Shown here: positions 52,695 to 64,000 of the stretch, piece by piece
Layout of the letters: the number at the start of each line of letters is the position of its first letter
Position numbering within the stretch: the first letter of the stretch is position 1
NCBI GenBank assembly: GCA_035606665.1
Contig: DATNEY010000026.1
Location: forward strand, 215,575-279,574
Origin: Vicinamibacterales bacterium
GTDB taxonomy: Bacteria; Acidobacteriota; Vicinamibacteria; Vicinamibacterales; SCN-69-37
Direction: 5' to 3'
Length of the DNA: 64,000 bases
Program-made: the position numbers and the translations under genes
Notes under the pieces: model-generated
Seen by the model: the letters and a program-made list of their open reading frames with translations, nothing else
Databases searched by the model: none
What the model was told of the DNA's origin: nothing

Positions 52695-53438
52695 CTACTT
52701 CTTCCGCAACTCCACATCCAACGTCGATCTGCCCGTGAGATCGCCGGACGAGGCGAACGACTCGTAGCCGTTGAGTCCCGCCGTAACCGTGAGGCCGGGG
52801 AGAAACGGCACATTGCAGAACACGTAGCGGCCGTCCTGGTCCGTGCGCGTGCGGGCGATGACGTGACCGTTTCCGTTGACGGCGTCGAGCAACACGGTGA
52901 CGTTCTCGAGCGGCCGCCTGCTTGCGGGCGTGCCGAATGAGCCGGGCGCCATCTCATAAATCTCGCCGGCGAGCGTTGGATCCCGGCCGACCAGCGCGGC
53001 GGGAAGGTGCGCGCCGAGCATGCTCTCGTCGCGGACGATGAAGATGTCGGCGATTGTGTCGCCCGTGGGTTCGAGCGTGACAGCGCACGGCTGGAATAGC
53101 GGCCCCTGGAGACGAATGCGCTTCGTGCCGGCCGGAATCGTGAGGTCATAGCGACCCTCGACCGAAATCGGAGTGACATCGGTCGCGCGACCGGCATCGC
53201 CCGGCGCGCCGCTTTCGACCCAGGCGAAGGCCTCGCCTCTGGTCGCGACTTCAACACCAAAGGAGCCTGCAACCCACACCGTACCCGTCACGGTCCAGGT
53301 CGACCCGGGAGCGGCAGACCCGCTGGCCGGTTGCTGTGTTGGCGACGCGGACGTGCGTCCGCAACCAGCCAGCGTCAGGAGGCCGATGAGGAGGATAATG
53401 GAGATGCCATGAAGCGACCTGAACAGACGTACGCCGAC
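52695..53438 (-). CDS. Lipoprotein with carboxypeptidase-regulatory-like (CarboxypepD_reg) beta-sandwich domains. Start uncertain (non-ATG).
   Basis: Lipobox LTLAGC. TVTGTVWVAG and GHVIARTRTDQDGRYVFCNVP motifs. The track N-terminal extension has non-coding-like GC3 and collides with the plus-strand small ORF. Confidence 0.55.
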   Translation of the reverse strand, partial: VGVRLFRSLHGISIILLIGLLTLAGCGRTSASPTQQPASGSAAPGSTWTVTGTVWVAGSFGVEVATRGEAFAWVESGAPGDAGRATDVTPISVEGRYDLTIPAGTKRIRLQGPLFQPCAVTLEPTGDTIADIFIVRDESMLGAHLPAALVGRDPTLAGEIYEMAPGSFGTPASRRPLENVTVLLDAVNGNGHVIARTRTDQDGRYVFCNVPFLPGLTVTAGLNGYESFASSGDLTGRSTLDVELRKK

Positions 53439-53624
53439 CCGACCGTCGAAACCCTGATTCGTGCGTTCAAGAAGAAGGGGAAGCACCTCGACACGGACCT
53501 CGCGAATCTCCATAAGGCGCTGAAGAAGCACTACCTGGACACGAAGCTGACGAGCAAGCAGTCTCAGGCCAGAGCGAGCTGGGACGTTGAACAGACCCGG
53601 CGCACGATGACCCACTCCTGGTAA
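53409..53624 (+). CDS. Small basic hypothetical protein (71 aa)
   Basis: High GC3, GGAG 7 nt upstream of the ATG. Confidence 0.35.
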   Translation: MKRPEQTYADPTVETLIRAFKKKGKHLDTDLANLHKALKKHYLDTKLTSKQSQARASWDVEQTRRTMTHSW

Positions 53625-53652
53625 GACCTTCGGCTGAAGCCCGCCGACAACG

Positions 53653-55374
53653 CTACGTTCGTCGTCCCCGATCTCTCCGCACTTCGACCCGCTGTCCCCG
53701 CAACGTCGTCTTCTGGAGCGCGCGAATGACGCGGTCCGCGAGCGCTTCCGGCAGCTCGACCAGCGAATAGCTTGGTGTGATCGTGATCTTGCCGAGCTCG
53801 CGCGCGTCGAGACGCGCCTCACTCGTAATTGCGCCGACCAGATCGCCCGGGCGGATATTGGCAGTGCGGCCGGCGCCGACCCAGAGCAGGGTCATTGGCC
53901 TGCCTGACTGGTCCGCCGGCCCCTCCCGGTGGGCCGCTGGCCCCTCCCGGTGGGCCGCTGACCCACCCCGATGGGTCACTGGCCCGCGATCATCGTGATC
54001 CCCATCATCATCGTCGTCCTCTGACTCACCACCATCCTGAAGCAGCGATACCGCGGCGGCCGCGATGTCGAGGATGTCGACGTTGTGCGCAAGCTCCGCC
54101 ACGAACGCACGCGGGCCGTCGAGTTCGCCCGCCTTGATGCGTTCCTCGATCGCGGCGCGCATGGCGCTGAGACGCTTTGCCTGAAGCGCGGCCTCCGTCG
54201 GGAGCGGCGCGACCTCGATCGGCTGGCGCGTGAGTCCTTCGATCTGCCGGAGCAGGCGCTGTTCGCGCGGATCGACGAGCGTGATCGCAACGCCTTCGCG
54301 GCCGATGCGGCCCGTGCGGCCGATCCGGTGCACGTAGACCTCTGGTGATGTCGGGATGTCGTAGTTGATCACGTGAGAGACATGGTCAATGTCGAGGCCC
54401 CGGGCCGCCACGTCAGTCGCGACGAGCACGTGCGCCTGCTCCTGCCTGAACATCGCCATGACGCGATCGCGCTGCCGCTGCTCCATGCCGCCGTGGAGCG
54501 CCTGCGCGTCGTAACCATGGGACTTGAGCGTGTCCGTGAGCTCTTCGACTTCGAGCCGGGTACGGCAGAAGACAATAGCCGACGCTGGTTCTTCGAATTC
54601 CAGGATGCGCCCGAGCGCGTAGGCTTTGTTCGCGCGTGCGGCGATGAACGCGACCTGGCGAACGCGCGGAAGCTTGCCGGCGGCGCGCTTCTCGCCCTTG
54701 ATCATCACCCGCGCCGGTTTCGTCAGATGGTTTTCCGCAATCGCCGCAATCCGCGGTGCCATCGTCGCCGCGAAGAGCGCCGTCTGTCGCGAATCAGGTG
54801 TGGCTGTGAGGATCGTCTCGAGGTCCTCGGCGAATCCCATGTCGAGCATCTCGTCGGCCTCGTCGAGGACGAGCACAGCGACGGCGTCGAGCACCAGCGC
54901 CTTCCGGCGCATGAGATCGAGCGCGCGGCCGGGCGTGGCGACCACGATGTCGACGCCGCGGCGGAGGGAGCGGATCTGCTGATCCATCGGTGCGCCGCCG
55001 TAGACCGGTACGACGCGCAAGCTGGTCTGCTTCGAGTACTTGTGCACGGCTTCCGCGACCTGCATCGCGAGCTCGCGCGTCGGCACGAGAATCAGGCCAC
55101 GGGGCCCAATGGAGGCCGGGTCTTTAGACCCGGCCTGAGACGCCTTGCGCGGCTCGAGCAGCCGATGGAGCAACGGCAGCGCGAACGCCGCGGTCTTGCC
55201 GGTACCGGTGCCGGCCTGGCCAATCAGATCGCGGCCGGCGAGCAGCACGGGAATGGCCTCTCGCTGAATCGGCGTGGGCTCCTCGTAGCCGAGCGCGGAA
55301 ACGGCTTTGACGAGGGAAGCGGACAGGCCGAGCGAATCGAAGCGAGGGGCGGGGGTCTCTGACGTCACGCACAA
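53653..55374 (-). CDS. DEAD-box ATP-dependent RNA helicase with C-terminal RNA-binding extension
   Basis: PTPIQ (Q motif), GTGKTAAF, DEAD, SAT-like, HRIGRTGR. C-terminal 7-aa tandem repeats REGPAAH. Confidence 0.9.
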   Translation of the reverse strand: MCVTSETPAPRFDSLGLSASLVKAVSALGYEEPTPIQREAIPVLLAGRDLIGQAGTGTGKTAAFALPLLHRLLEPRKASQAGSKDPASIGPRGLILVPTRELAMQVAEAVHKYSKQTSLRVVPVYGGAPMDQQIRSLRRGVDIVVATPGRALDLMRRKALVLDAVAVLVLDEADEMLDMGFAEDLETILTATPDSRQTALFAATMAPRIAAIAENHLTKPARVMIKGEKRAAGKLPRVRQVAFIAARANKAYALGRILEFEEPASAIVFCRTRLEVEELTDTLKSHGYDAQALHGGMEQRQRDRVMAMFRQEQAHVLVATDVAARGLDIDHVSHVINYDIPTSPEVYVHRIGRTGRIGREGVAITLVDPREQRLLRQIEGLTRQPIEVAPLPTEAALQAKRLSAMRAAIEERIKAGELDGPRAFVAELAHNVDILDIAAAAVSLLQDGGESEDDDDDGDHDDRGPVTHRGGSAAHREGPAAHREGPADQSGRPMTLLWVGAGRTANIRPGDLVGAITSEARLDARELGKITITPSYSLVELPEALADRVIRALQKTTLRGQRVEVRRDRGRRT

Positions 55375-55421
55375 GAGTATCGTGATCGCTCGCCGCGCGT
55401 CCGCTATCCTTCGGAGCGGCC

Positions 55422-55688
55422 GTGCACTTCGTCTACATCGTTCGCTGCAACGACAAGTCCCTCTACACCGGCTACGCGCGCGATCTGCGCGCGCGCCTGC
55501 AGCTGCACAACAGCGGCAAGGGCGCGAAGTACACGCGTGGGAGACGCCCTGTCAGGCTGGTCTACTCGGAAGAATTCGCAACGGTGTCCGATGCGCTCAA
55601 GCGCGAGCACGAGCTCAAGCAGTTGCCGCGAATGATGAAGCAGCGGCTGATTCGCGAGGCCGCGCGCCTGCGGCGCGGCAATGCTTGA
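55422..55688 (+). CDS. GIY-YIG nuclease family protein (UPF0213/Slx1-like small protein)
   Basis: FVYIVRCNDKSLYTGYARDLRARLQLHNSGKGAKYTRGRRPVRLVYSEEF. Confidence 0.85.
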   Translation: MHFVYIVRCNDKSLYTGYARDLRARLQLHNSGKGAKYTRGRRPVRLVYSEEFATVSDALKREHELKQLPRMMKQRLIREAARLRRGNA

Positions 55689-55707
55689 CCGCTGCGCGAC
55701 GCGCAGC

Positions 55708-56208
55708 TCATTCGACTCGCACGGCCTTGATCGTGAACGGATTCGGGAAAGGCCCGTTCTGATTGCGGTCCTGCGTCAACTGAAGCGAGCTACCACTGAT
55801 ATTGAACGTGTATCTGACGAAGACGGTCGGGCCCATGACGGCGGGATTCTTCGATGCGATCGGATGCATCGTGACCGCGTTTCCTGTGACCTCGTACGTG
55901 CCTGCCTCGGCGACGAACGGGCCCCAGGTCGCGCGTAGTTCGTCAGCGGTGGCTTTGGCGATATCCGGGATCAACGGCCGTGGGTTCTCCGACTGAACTT
56001 CGACCCGGCTGTAGTGTTTGCCCGTGAAGATGACCAGATTGGCCCGCGGCTCGGCGAATGTGATGGTTCGAGCCGACGGACCGGTGATGTTGATCTCGGT
56101 GATCTGCCAGGCGCCCTGAAGCCCACGCGCCGACTGGCGTGCGACGACGTCACTGCCGGCGAGTCCAATGACGACCAGCAAAATGCCAGAAAACACTAGT
56201 GTTCTCAC
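55708..56208 (-). CDS. Secreted hypothetical protein
   Basis: Signal peptide MRTLVFSGILLVVIGLAG. Confidence 0.55.
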   Translation of the reverse strand: MRTLVFSGILLVVIGLAGSDVVARQSARGLQGAWQITEINITGPSARTITFAEPRANLVIFTGKHYSRVEVQSENPRPLIPDIAKATADELRATWGPFVAEAGTYEVTGNAVTMHPIASKNPAVMGPTVFVRYTFNISGSSLQLTQDRNQNGPFPNPFTIKAVRVE

Positions 56209-56258
56209 GCCCCACCTCTCTTGAACATCCTAATCATCCTCTGTATTGTCTGCCCACC

Positions 56259-57043
56259 ATGATGCGTAAACACGTTCTTCTCCTCGTGCTGTTGATCTCG
56301 GCCGCGCCCGTTCGCGCGCAATTGCCAGCGCCGAACGCCGCCGGCGTGTCCGCCGGGCACATACACATGATGGTGCGGGACCCAGCGGCCCACAAGAAAC
56401 TCTGGGTCGATGTCCTCGGCGCCGAGGTCACGAAGACGGGCTCGCTCGAGCTGCTCAGGTTACCGGGAATCTTTCTGACCTCGGGAAGGGTGAGCCAGCC
56501 GAGGGTTCAGAAGGGTCGACGGTCGATCATTTCGCGTTTCGCGTCAAAGACCTGGCGGCTATCAGAACGAAACTCCTCGCCGCATCGATTCCACTGACGC
56601 GCGATGACGCGATGGAAATCGTCGCGATCTTTCCGGACAAGGTGAAAGTCGAGTTCTACCCGGCGCCAACACTTGCCGTGCCCGTGGAGCATTTTCACGC
56701 GCACTTTTACGCGGCCGACATCGACGCACTCCGCGCCTGGTACGTGAAGCACTTCGGCGCGGCGCTGCCGCCGCCGGCGAATGCGAACGCGACCGGCGTG
56801 CCCGGCATCAGCTTCAGTTTCCGTAAGACGGATGTGGCGCAGGCCGCGACGAAGGGTCGCTCGCTCGATCACATCGGTTTCGAGGTGAAGGACCTCGAGG
56901 CGTTCTGCAAGAAACTCGCAGCCGACGGCGTCACCTTCGAGAGCCCGCTTCGGAACGTTCCAAGCATCGGGCTGAAGATCGCCTTTCTGATCGATCCCGC
57001 CGGGACCAGGATCGAACTCACGGAAGGTCTCGCGGGCAAGTAG
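56259..57043 (+). pseudogene. VOC (glyoxalase/bleomycin-resistance-fold) family gene interrupted by a frameshift near 56500 (or a sequencing error)
   Basis: Signal peptide plus first beta-alpha-beta module in one frame. Switching frame at ~56505 gives the continuous ...EGSTVDHFAFRVKDLAAIRTKLLAASIPL...DHIGFEVKDLEAFCKKLAADGVTFESP. The track shows two abutting ORFs. Confidence 0.55.
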
Positions 57044-57047
57044 CGCC

Positions 57048-58286
57048 ATGCCTCAACCCCGTCGCCGGCGTAGCCCTTGGCCGCTAATTACCTTCGCCGC
57101 GCTCGGCCTGGCATGTCTTCTCCGCGCGGAAGCTCCGGTCGATCGCTTTGTCCGGTCCGCGGACGGCCTGACCGTTCACGACGATGAACTGAAGGTCACG
57201 TGGCTCGCCGACGCGAACCTGCCGGCATCGAAGCCATTCGGCCTGCCTGTACAGAAGAGCGGTTCGATGACGTATCCCGTCGCGAGAAAGTGGCTCGCGG
57301 CGTTGAACGCGAGCAAGTATCTCGGCCGAAGCGACTGGTCAATTCCGGCGACACCGGCGACGGATTCAGGATGCAGTGTCGCGAAGGGCCCGAACGGAAA
57401 CTCGTTTGGATTCGATTGCGCGCAGGGTGCGATGGGGTCGCTCTACTATCGCGGCCTTGGTCTCAAGTCGCCGAACACGGCCGTGCCGATCCCGCCCAGC
57501 AAAGTTGGTCCCTTCAGAAACTTTCAGCCGTACCTCTACTGGTCGCTGAACGGGAAGGCACGCCCCGGTGGCGAGCGCGCCCGGCGGGCGGACCGGCGCG
57601 ACAACGGCGATCACACGTTCTCGTTCAACACCGGCTGGCAAGGTGGGAATGTTTCCGCGCATGTGATGTACGTGCTGCCGATGATTCCCGGAGCGCTGCC
57701 GGGCTCGCGGCCGGCGCCCGGCACGGAGCTGCAGCCGAGCGCCGACGGGCAGACCGTCTACGATCCGATCGCGAAAGTCACGTGGCTCGCCAATGCCAAC
57801 CTCGCCGCGGAAAACACGTTCGGTGTCTCCGGCATCGTTCGCGACGGCGCTATGTCACGAACGACGGCCGACGACTTCATCGCCGCGATGAACAGGAATG
57901 GGCGCGATGGGTATCTCGGTCAGAAACGCTGGCAGCTTCCGCCGACGAATCCCGATCCGAGCTGCACGATGCCGGAGGGCGGCTACGACTGCAGCGGCTC
58001 GCCGATGGGCGGCCTGTACTACAACCACCTCATCGAGCTGCTTCACCTCTCGGCCCGCGAGCCCGTCGTCCGCGCCCCTGATATTCAAGCGGGGCCGTTT
58101 CACAATTTCCAGCCGTACCTGTACTGGTCGTGCGCCGGCGGCAGGAGCCGCACGCAGTGCAGCGGAGAGCCGGCCGCACGCGGCTTCGAATTCAGCTTCT
58201 CGTTTGGAAACGGCTTTCAGGGCACGGACGTGATCGGGAACACGCTCTACGTGATGGTGTACGCGCCGGATCCCAAGGGACGCTGA
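57048..58286 (+). CDS. Secreted protein with two DUF1566 (Lcl C-terminal-like) domains
   Basis: Twice-repeated pattern V.D..TG.VTWLA.ANL ... W.[IL]P. Signal peptide. Confidence 0.65.
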   Translation: MPQPRRRRSPWPLITFAALGLACLLRAEAPVDRFVRSADGLTVHDDELKVTWLADANLPASKPFGLPVQKSGSMTYPVARKWLAALNASKYLGRSDWSIPATPATDSGCSVAKGPNGNSFGFDCAQGAMGSLYYRGLGLKSPNTAVPIPPSKVGPFRNFQPYLYWSLNGKARPGGERARRADRRDNGDHTFSFNTGWQGGNVSAHVMYVLPMIPGALPGSRPAPGTELQPSADGQTVYDPIAKVTWLANANLAAENTFGVSGIVRDGAMSRTTADDFIAAMNRNGRDGYLGQKRWQLPPTNPDPSCTMPEGGYDCSGSPMGGLYYNHLIELLHLSAREPVVRAPDIQAGPFHNFQPYLYWSCAGGRSRTQCSGEPAARGFEFSFSFGNGFQGTDVIGNTLYVMVYAPDPKGR

Positions 58287-58412
58287 CGGCGGGCTGAACC
58301 TGCCGGCTACGCGGGGCCGACGTTTCGGCCATATTCGGGGACCTGTTATACACTGACGGTGTTCGCCCGCCCGATAGTTTTCGGCCCCCCGGCGCTACTT
58401 TAAGGAATTCAG

Positions 58413-59969
<1,557 letters not shown>

Positions 59970-59987
59970 GTCAGGCAGACGAAGCGA

Positions 59988-60824
59988 TTAGCGCATCGTG
60001 ACGACCAGCGCGTGGTGATCCGAGATGTCCATCGGATGAATCGCGCGCGCGATTGGTTGCAGATCCCTCAGGAACATCCAGTCCAGGCGCATTCGTAACG
60101 TGTCATGCGTCGCACCGCGCTCGAACGCCGAGCGCAATCCGTGCGATGCCATGTACCGTTCGAGGCCCGAGCCCTGGCGCCCGAGGAACGGCAGCGGGAT
60201 CGTATGGAAGAGCCAGAGATTCTCGTTGGTGTTGAAGTCACCGGCCACGAGCGCACGGCCGGGCGCGGCTTCCATGTCCTTGACGATGTCCGCGACCTGG
60301 TCGACGCGGTCCCCACCGTTGATTCGTGTATCCAGATGCACGTTGTAGGTGGTGAGCGGACCGGACGGGGTGTCGAGTGTCACGGCCAGCGCTGAGCGTT
60401 CGCGCGATCGGAAGATCAGTGAGAAACGCTTCAGCGGCAGCGCGCGTGAGTGGGCGATCGGAAAGCGGCTGAGCGTCGCAAGCCCGACATTGCGGCCACC
60501 ATCGATCTTGAAGCTCGATTGGTACGCGGCGTCGAGCCCGAGTGAGCCGGCAATCTGGCTGCCGATATCGGGCGCACCCTCGACCTGAACCACCTCCTGC
60601 AGCACCAGCACATCCGCGGCGTCCGCGCCAATCTCCCGAATGCCGTTCACGATGCGGCCGACGTCCTCGCGCATTTCGAGATTCAGCGACACAACAGTGA
60701 GTGGGGAGGCCGAGCCGGGCGCCGCGGCGGCCATGTCCTGCGCGAGGCCAGATTCAGGCGACCACGAAACGGTCACGACGACAATCAGTGCAAGGACAAC
60801 TGCGCGAACCTGGGCTCGGGACAT
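59988..60824 (-). CDS. Secreted endonuclease/exonuclease/phosphatase (EEP) family protein. Start moved to the Met preceding the signal peptide.
   Basis: LTVVSLNLE...VLVLQEV...DFNT...SDHHALVVTM are EEP family hallmarks. Signal MSRAQVRAVVLALIVVVTV. Confidence 0.8.
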   Translation of the reverse strand: MSRAQVRAVVLALIVVVTVSWSPESGLAQDMAAAAPGSASPLTVVSLNLEMREDVGRIVNGIREIGADAADVLVLQEVVQVEGAPDIGSQIAGSLGLDAAYQSSFKIDGGRNVGLATLSRFPIAHSRALPLKRFSLIFRSRERSALAVTLDTPSGPLTTYNVHLDTRINGGDRVDQVADIVKDMEAAPGRALVAGDFNTNENLWLFHTIPLPFLGRQGSGLERYMASHGLRSAFERGATHDTLRMRLDWMFLRDLQPIARAIHPMDISDHHALVVTMR

Positions 60825-60882
60825 ACCTTTCGAGTGTCGCGTGCCGCGGTCGATCTGGCAAATCGGGCGTAGACTTGCGCCC

Positions 60883-63800
60883 ATGATGAACCGGCGCATG
60901 CCGGGTCTAAAGACCCGGCCTCCACTCTTCTTCGCATGCTTGCTGCTCGTCGCTGTCGTCGCGCTTCCGTCCGCGCAGACCACGCCCCAGGTGTCGCCCT
61001 CACTCTTCCAGGAGATGAAATGGCGCAACATCGGGCCGTTTCGCGCGGGCCGGACGAAGGCCGCAGCGGGGCATCGGAGCCAGCCCTTCACCTTCTATAT
61101 AGGGATGGTGAACGGCGGCGTGTGGAAGACGACCGACGCCGGCCGCACGTGGAAGCCGATCTTCGAGGATCAGCCGACGGGCTCCATCGGCGCGATCGCG
61201 GTGGCGCCGTCGGACGCGAATGTCGTGTACGTCGGCACCGGCGAGGGCCTGCCACGACCGGATCTGGCCGTCGGCGATGGCATGTACAAATCCACCGACG
61301 CCGGCAAGACGTGGACGCATCTGGGACTTCGTGATGCTCAGCAGATACCCAAGATCGCCGTCGATCCGACCGACCCGAACCGGCTGTTCGTCGCGGCGCT
61401 CGGACATCCGTACGGCCCCAACAAGGAACGCGGCATCTTCCGCTCGACTGACGGTGGCCGCACGTTCCAGCAGGTCCTCTTCAAGAACGAGGACACCGGC
61501 GGCAAGGACGTGGACATCGATCCAGCCAATCCGCAAATCGTCTACGCGACCATGTGGGAGCAGCGGCAGGGGCCGTGGGAAAACGGCGCGTGGTCGGGAA
61601 TGAATGGCGGGCTGTTCAAGTCCACCGACGGCGGTATGACGTGGACGCAGATGAAGCAAGGCCTGCCCGACGGCGTCATCAATGCGGAGCTGGCGATTGC
61701 GCCGTCGAATCCACGGAGGCTCTACGTCACGCTCGAGGCCGGCGCGGGCGGTACGGGGCTCTATCGATCGGACGACGCAGGCGCGACGTGGGCACGCGCG
61801 ACGACCGACAATCGCCCGACCTCACGGATCAATGAAGTCGTTCCGCACGTGCATCCCAAAGACGCCGACACCATCGTCGTCACAGACATCGTCAGCTTCA
61901 AGTCCACGGACGGCGGGAAGACATTCGTGCCGTTCAAGGGCGCGCCCGGCGGCGACGACAATCAGAACATCTGGTGGAATCCTGACAACCCCGACATCAT
62001 GCTGCTCGTCATCGATCAGGGCGCCGTCGTCACGCTCAACGGCGGACAGACCTGGAGCTCGTGGTTCACGCAGTCGACGGCCGCGCTGTACCACGTGATG
62101 ACGGACAACGCCTTTCCGTACCGCGTGTGCGGCGGCCAGCAGGACAGCGGATCGGTTTGTGTCGCGAGCCGCGGTACTGATGGACAGATCACCTTCCGCG
62201 AGTGGCATCCCGTCGGCGTCGAAGAGTACGGCTATGCGGCGCCGGATCCACTCGATCCGGATCTCGTGTACGGCGGCAAGGTCACGCGATACGACCGGCG
62301 GACGGCCCAGGTCTCAGACGTCGGTCCGGTCGGCCGCGGCGGCGGGGCCGGTGGACCAGGGGGTGGGCCAGCGGCCCCCGCGTACCGCACGGTGCGTACG
62401 CAGCCCGTCGTCTTTTCCCAGGTCGACAAGCGCACGCTTTACTACGGCAACAACGTCCTGTGGAAGACGATCGACGGCGGCATCAACTGGACGCAAATCA
62501 GCCCCGATCTCACGCGGGAAACGTGGACTGTGCCGAAGAACGTCGGCTCGTACATGTCGCGCGTTCAGAACACCAAGCGCGGCGCCATCGGCGCGCAGGT
62601 CATCTACACGATCGGCCCGTCATACAAGGACATCAATCGCATCTGGATTGGCACCGACGACGGCACCATCGCGACCACGGCTGATGGCGGTCTCCACTGG
62701 ACGAACGTGACGCCGCCGGGCGTGACGGACTTCATGAAGGTGTTCACGATCGACCCAGGCCGATTCGATCCGCTCACGGCGTACGCGGCCGTCAACACGC
62801 TCCGTCTCGATGACATGAATCCGCACATCTACCGCACGCACGATGGTGGAAAGACGTGGAAGGAAATCGTTAACGGGATCCCGGGCGGGGCGCCGGTGAG
62901 CGTCGTCCGCGAGGATCCGGTGCGAAAGGGCCTGCTCTTTGCGGGATCGGAGACGCAGGTCTACGTCTCGTTCGATGACGGCGACAACTGGCAGTCTCTT
63001 CGCCTCAACATGGCCGCGTCGTCTGTCCGCGACCTGGTGATCAAGGACGATGACGTGGTCGTCGGCACGCACGGGCGGGGAATCTGGATTCTCGACAACA
63101 TCACGCCGCTTCGTCAGGTGAGCGCAACGACGGCGCAGCAGGACGCGGTGTTGTACAAGCCGCAGGCGGCGTGGCGCGTTCGCTGGAACACGAATACCGA
63201 TACGCCGCTGCCACCGGACGAGCCGACCGCGCCGAATCCGCCGGAGGGCGCGATCATCGACTACTACCTGAAAGCCGCGGCAAGCGGCCCGGTTACGCTC
63301 GAGATCCTGGACGGGAAGACGGTGTTGCGGAAGTACTCGAGCGACGACGAGGTGTTCAGGCCGAATGCGGCGACGACCACGATTCCTCTGTACTGGTATC
63401 GCGAGCCGATGACGCTCAAGACCACGGCGGGTATGCACCGGTTCACGTGGGACGTGCACTACCAGCCGGTCGATGGCGTGAATCGGGTCGGCGGTCCGGC
63501 GCTGCCGATCGCCGCGATTGGCTACAACACGGTGCCGGTTCCATCGACGCCGTGGGCGAACCCCGGCTCGTACACGGTGAGGCTCACGGTGAACGGCAAG
63601 AGCTACACGCAGCCGATCCTGGTGAAGCAGGATCCGCGCGTGAAGACGCCGGCGCTCGCGATGCAGCAGATCTACACGCAGTCACGCGGGGCATACGACG
63701 GCGCAGTGGCTGCGCGGTTGAACGCCGCCCAGGGCCGGGCGTGGCGGGATGAGATCGCGACGCTGCAGCCGAGGGCCGTCGGCCCCGTCGCTGACGCGCT

Positions 63801-64000
63801 CGCGGCCTTCGACAAGAAGCTGGAGGCGATCGTCGGAGTCGCGGCCGGAGGCGGCGGAGGGCGCGGACGCGGTGCGGGCGGTGGAGGTGGTGGGGCCGCC
63901 GGCCCCGGAGGGCGGGCCGGTGGCCCACCCCCCGCTACGGGTGGCTCCACTGGCCCACCGGCGGAGACATTTGCCACGGCCGGCGCCGCTCTCTCAGGCG
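60883..64000 (+). CDS. Secreted sortilin/Vps10-like BNR (Asp-box) repeat beta-propeller protein, 3' partial (runs off the window)
   Basis: Not in the ORF track because there is no stop inside the window. Repeated S-x-D-x-G-x-T-W Asp-box motifs (KTTDAGRTW, KSTDAGKTW, RSTDGGRTF, KSTDGGMTW, ...). Signal peptide. Open frame to position 64000. Confidence 0.85.
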   Translation, partial: MMNRRMPGLKTRPPLFFACLLLVAVVALPSAQTTPQVSPSLFQEMKWRNIGPFRAGRTKAAAGHRSQPFTFYIGMVNGGVWKTTDAGRTWKPIFEDQPTGSIGAIAVAPSDANVVYVGTGEGLPRPDLAVGDGMYKSTDAGKTWTHLGLRDAQQIPKIAVDPTDPNRLFVAALGHPYGPNKERGIFRSTDGGRTFQQVLFKNEDTGGKDVDIDPANPQIVYATMWEQRQGPWENGAWSGMNGGLFKSTDGGMTWTQMKQGLPDGVINAELAIAPSNPRRLYVTLEAGAGGTGLYRSDDAGATWARATTDNRPTSRINEVVPHVHPKDADTIVVTDIVSFKSTDGGKTFVPFKGAPGGDDNQNIWWNPDNPDIMLLVIDQGAVVTLNGGQTWSSWFTQSTAALYHVMTDNAFPYRVCGGQQDSGSVCVASRGTDGQITFREWHPVGVEEYGYAAPDPLDPDLVYGGKVTRYDRRTAQVSDVGPVGRGGGAGGPGGGPAAPAYRTVRTQPVVFSQVDKRTLYYGNNVLWKTIDGGINWTQISPDLTRETWTVPKNVGSYMSRVQNTKRGAIGAQVIYTIGPSYKDINRIWIGTDDGTIATTADGGLHWTNVTPPGVTDFMKVFTIDPGRFDPLTAYAAVNTLRLDDMNPHIYRTHDGGKTWKEIVNGIPGGAPVSVVREDPVRKGLLFAGSETQVYVSFDDGDNWQSLRLNMAASSVRDLVIKDDDVVVGTHGRGIWILDNITPLRQVSATTAQQDAVLYKPQAAWRVRWNTNTDTPLPPDEPTAPNPPEGAIIDYYLKAAASGPVTLEILDGKTVLRKYSSDDEVFRPNAATTTIPLYWYREPMTLKTTAGMHRFTWDVHYQPVDGVNRVGGPALPIAAIGYNTVPVPSTPWANPGSYTVRLTVNGKSYTQPILVKQDPRVKTPALAMQQIYTQSRGAYDGAVAARLNAAQGRAWRDEIATLQPRAVGPVADALAAFDKKLEAIVGVAAGGGGGRGRGAGGGGGGAAGPGGRAGGPPPATGGSTGPPAETFATAGAALSG

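Noticed and set aside
53436-53507. N-terminal extension of the minus-strand lipoprotein ORF back to the ATG at 53507
   Set aside because: GC3 drops in this segment and it overlaps a plus-strand small ORF with coding-like GC3. A downstream non-ATG start just before the lipobox is more plausible.
54373-55362. 329-aa plus-strand ORF
   Set aside because: Antisense to the DEAD-box helicase, which has all canonical motifs.
62620-63459. 279-aa minus-strand ORF and other small ORFs 61000-63977
   Set aside because: They lie inside the long open sortilin/BNR frame (60883 to >64000), which shows repeated Asp-box motifs.

Overview
High-GC (about 65-70%) bacterial chromosomal window, probably from an Acidobacteria-like soil bacterium, densely coding on both strands. 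Positions ~370-38,400 form a large accessory-looking island of paralogous signalling and membrane-remodelling genes. It contains three zinc-ribbon Ser/Thr kinases and a fourth kinase with a beta-propeller further on, and a double-FHA protein. It also holds a caspase-like C14 peptidase operon, a cytoplasmic subtilase, a transglutaminase-like protein, an SPFH/flotillin-like protein, and five paralogous FlgO/CsgG/LpoB-like lipoproteins. Several membrane proteins carry N-terminal zinc ribbons. The most striking content is two Vps4-like MIT-AAA ATPases plus two or three Snf7/ESCRT-III-like coiled-coil proteins; one of these ends in a MIM-like helix. Together they look like a bacterial ESCRT-III/Vps4 module embedded in translationally coupled operons. 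A separate four-gene minus-strand operon ends in a MotA-like/MotB-like stator pair preceded by two large unknown proteins. AT-rich intergenic regions carry near-identical sigma70-like promoters that share an AGGGTAAT motif. The distal part (38.9-64 kb) is mostly housekeeping or envelope functions (M23 peptidases, L,D-transpeptidase, M16 peptidase, two DEAD-box helicases, GIY-YIG, EEP, and a sortilin/BNR protein that is partial at the window end). Inside it sits a putative inserted cassette (ORF6N protein, kinase N-terminal remnant, beta-propeller kinase) flanked by decamer tandem arrays and duplicated ~45-bp elements, followed by a HicAB toxin-antitoxin pair and a frameshifted VOC gene. All calls rest on motif recognition by eye; no database searches were run.
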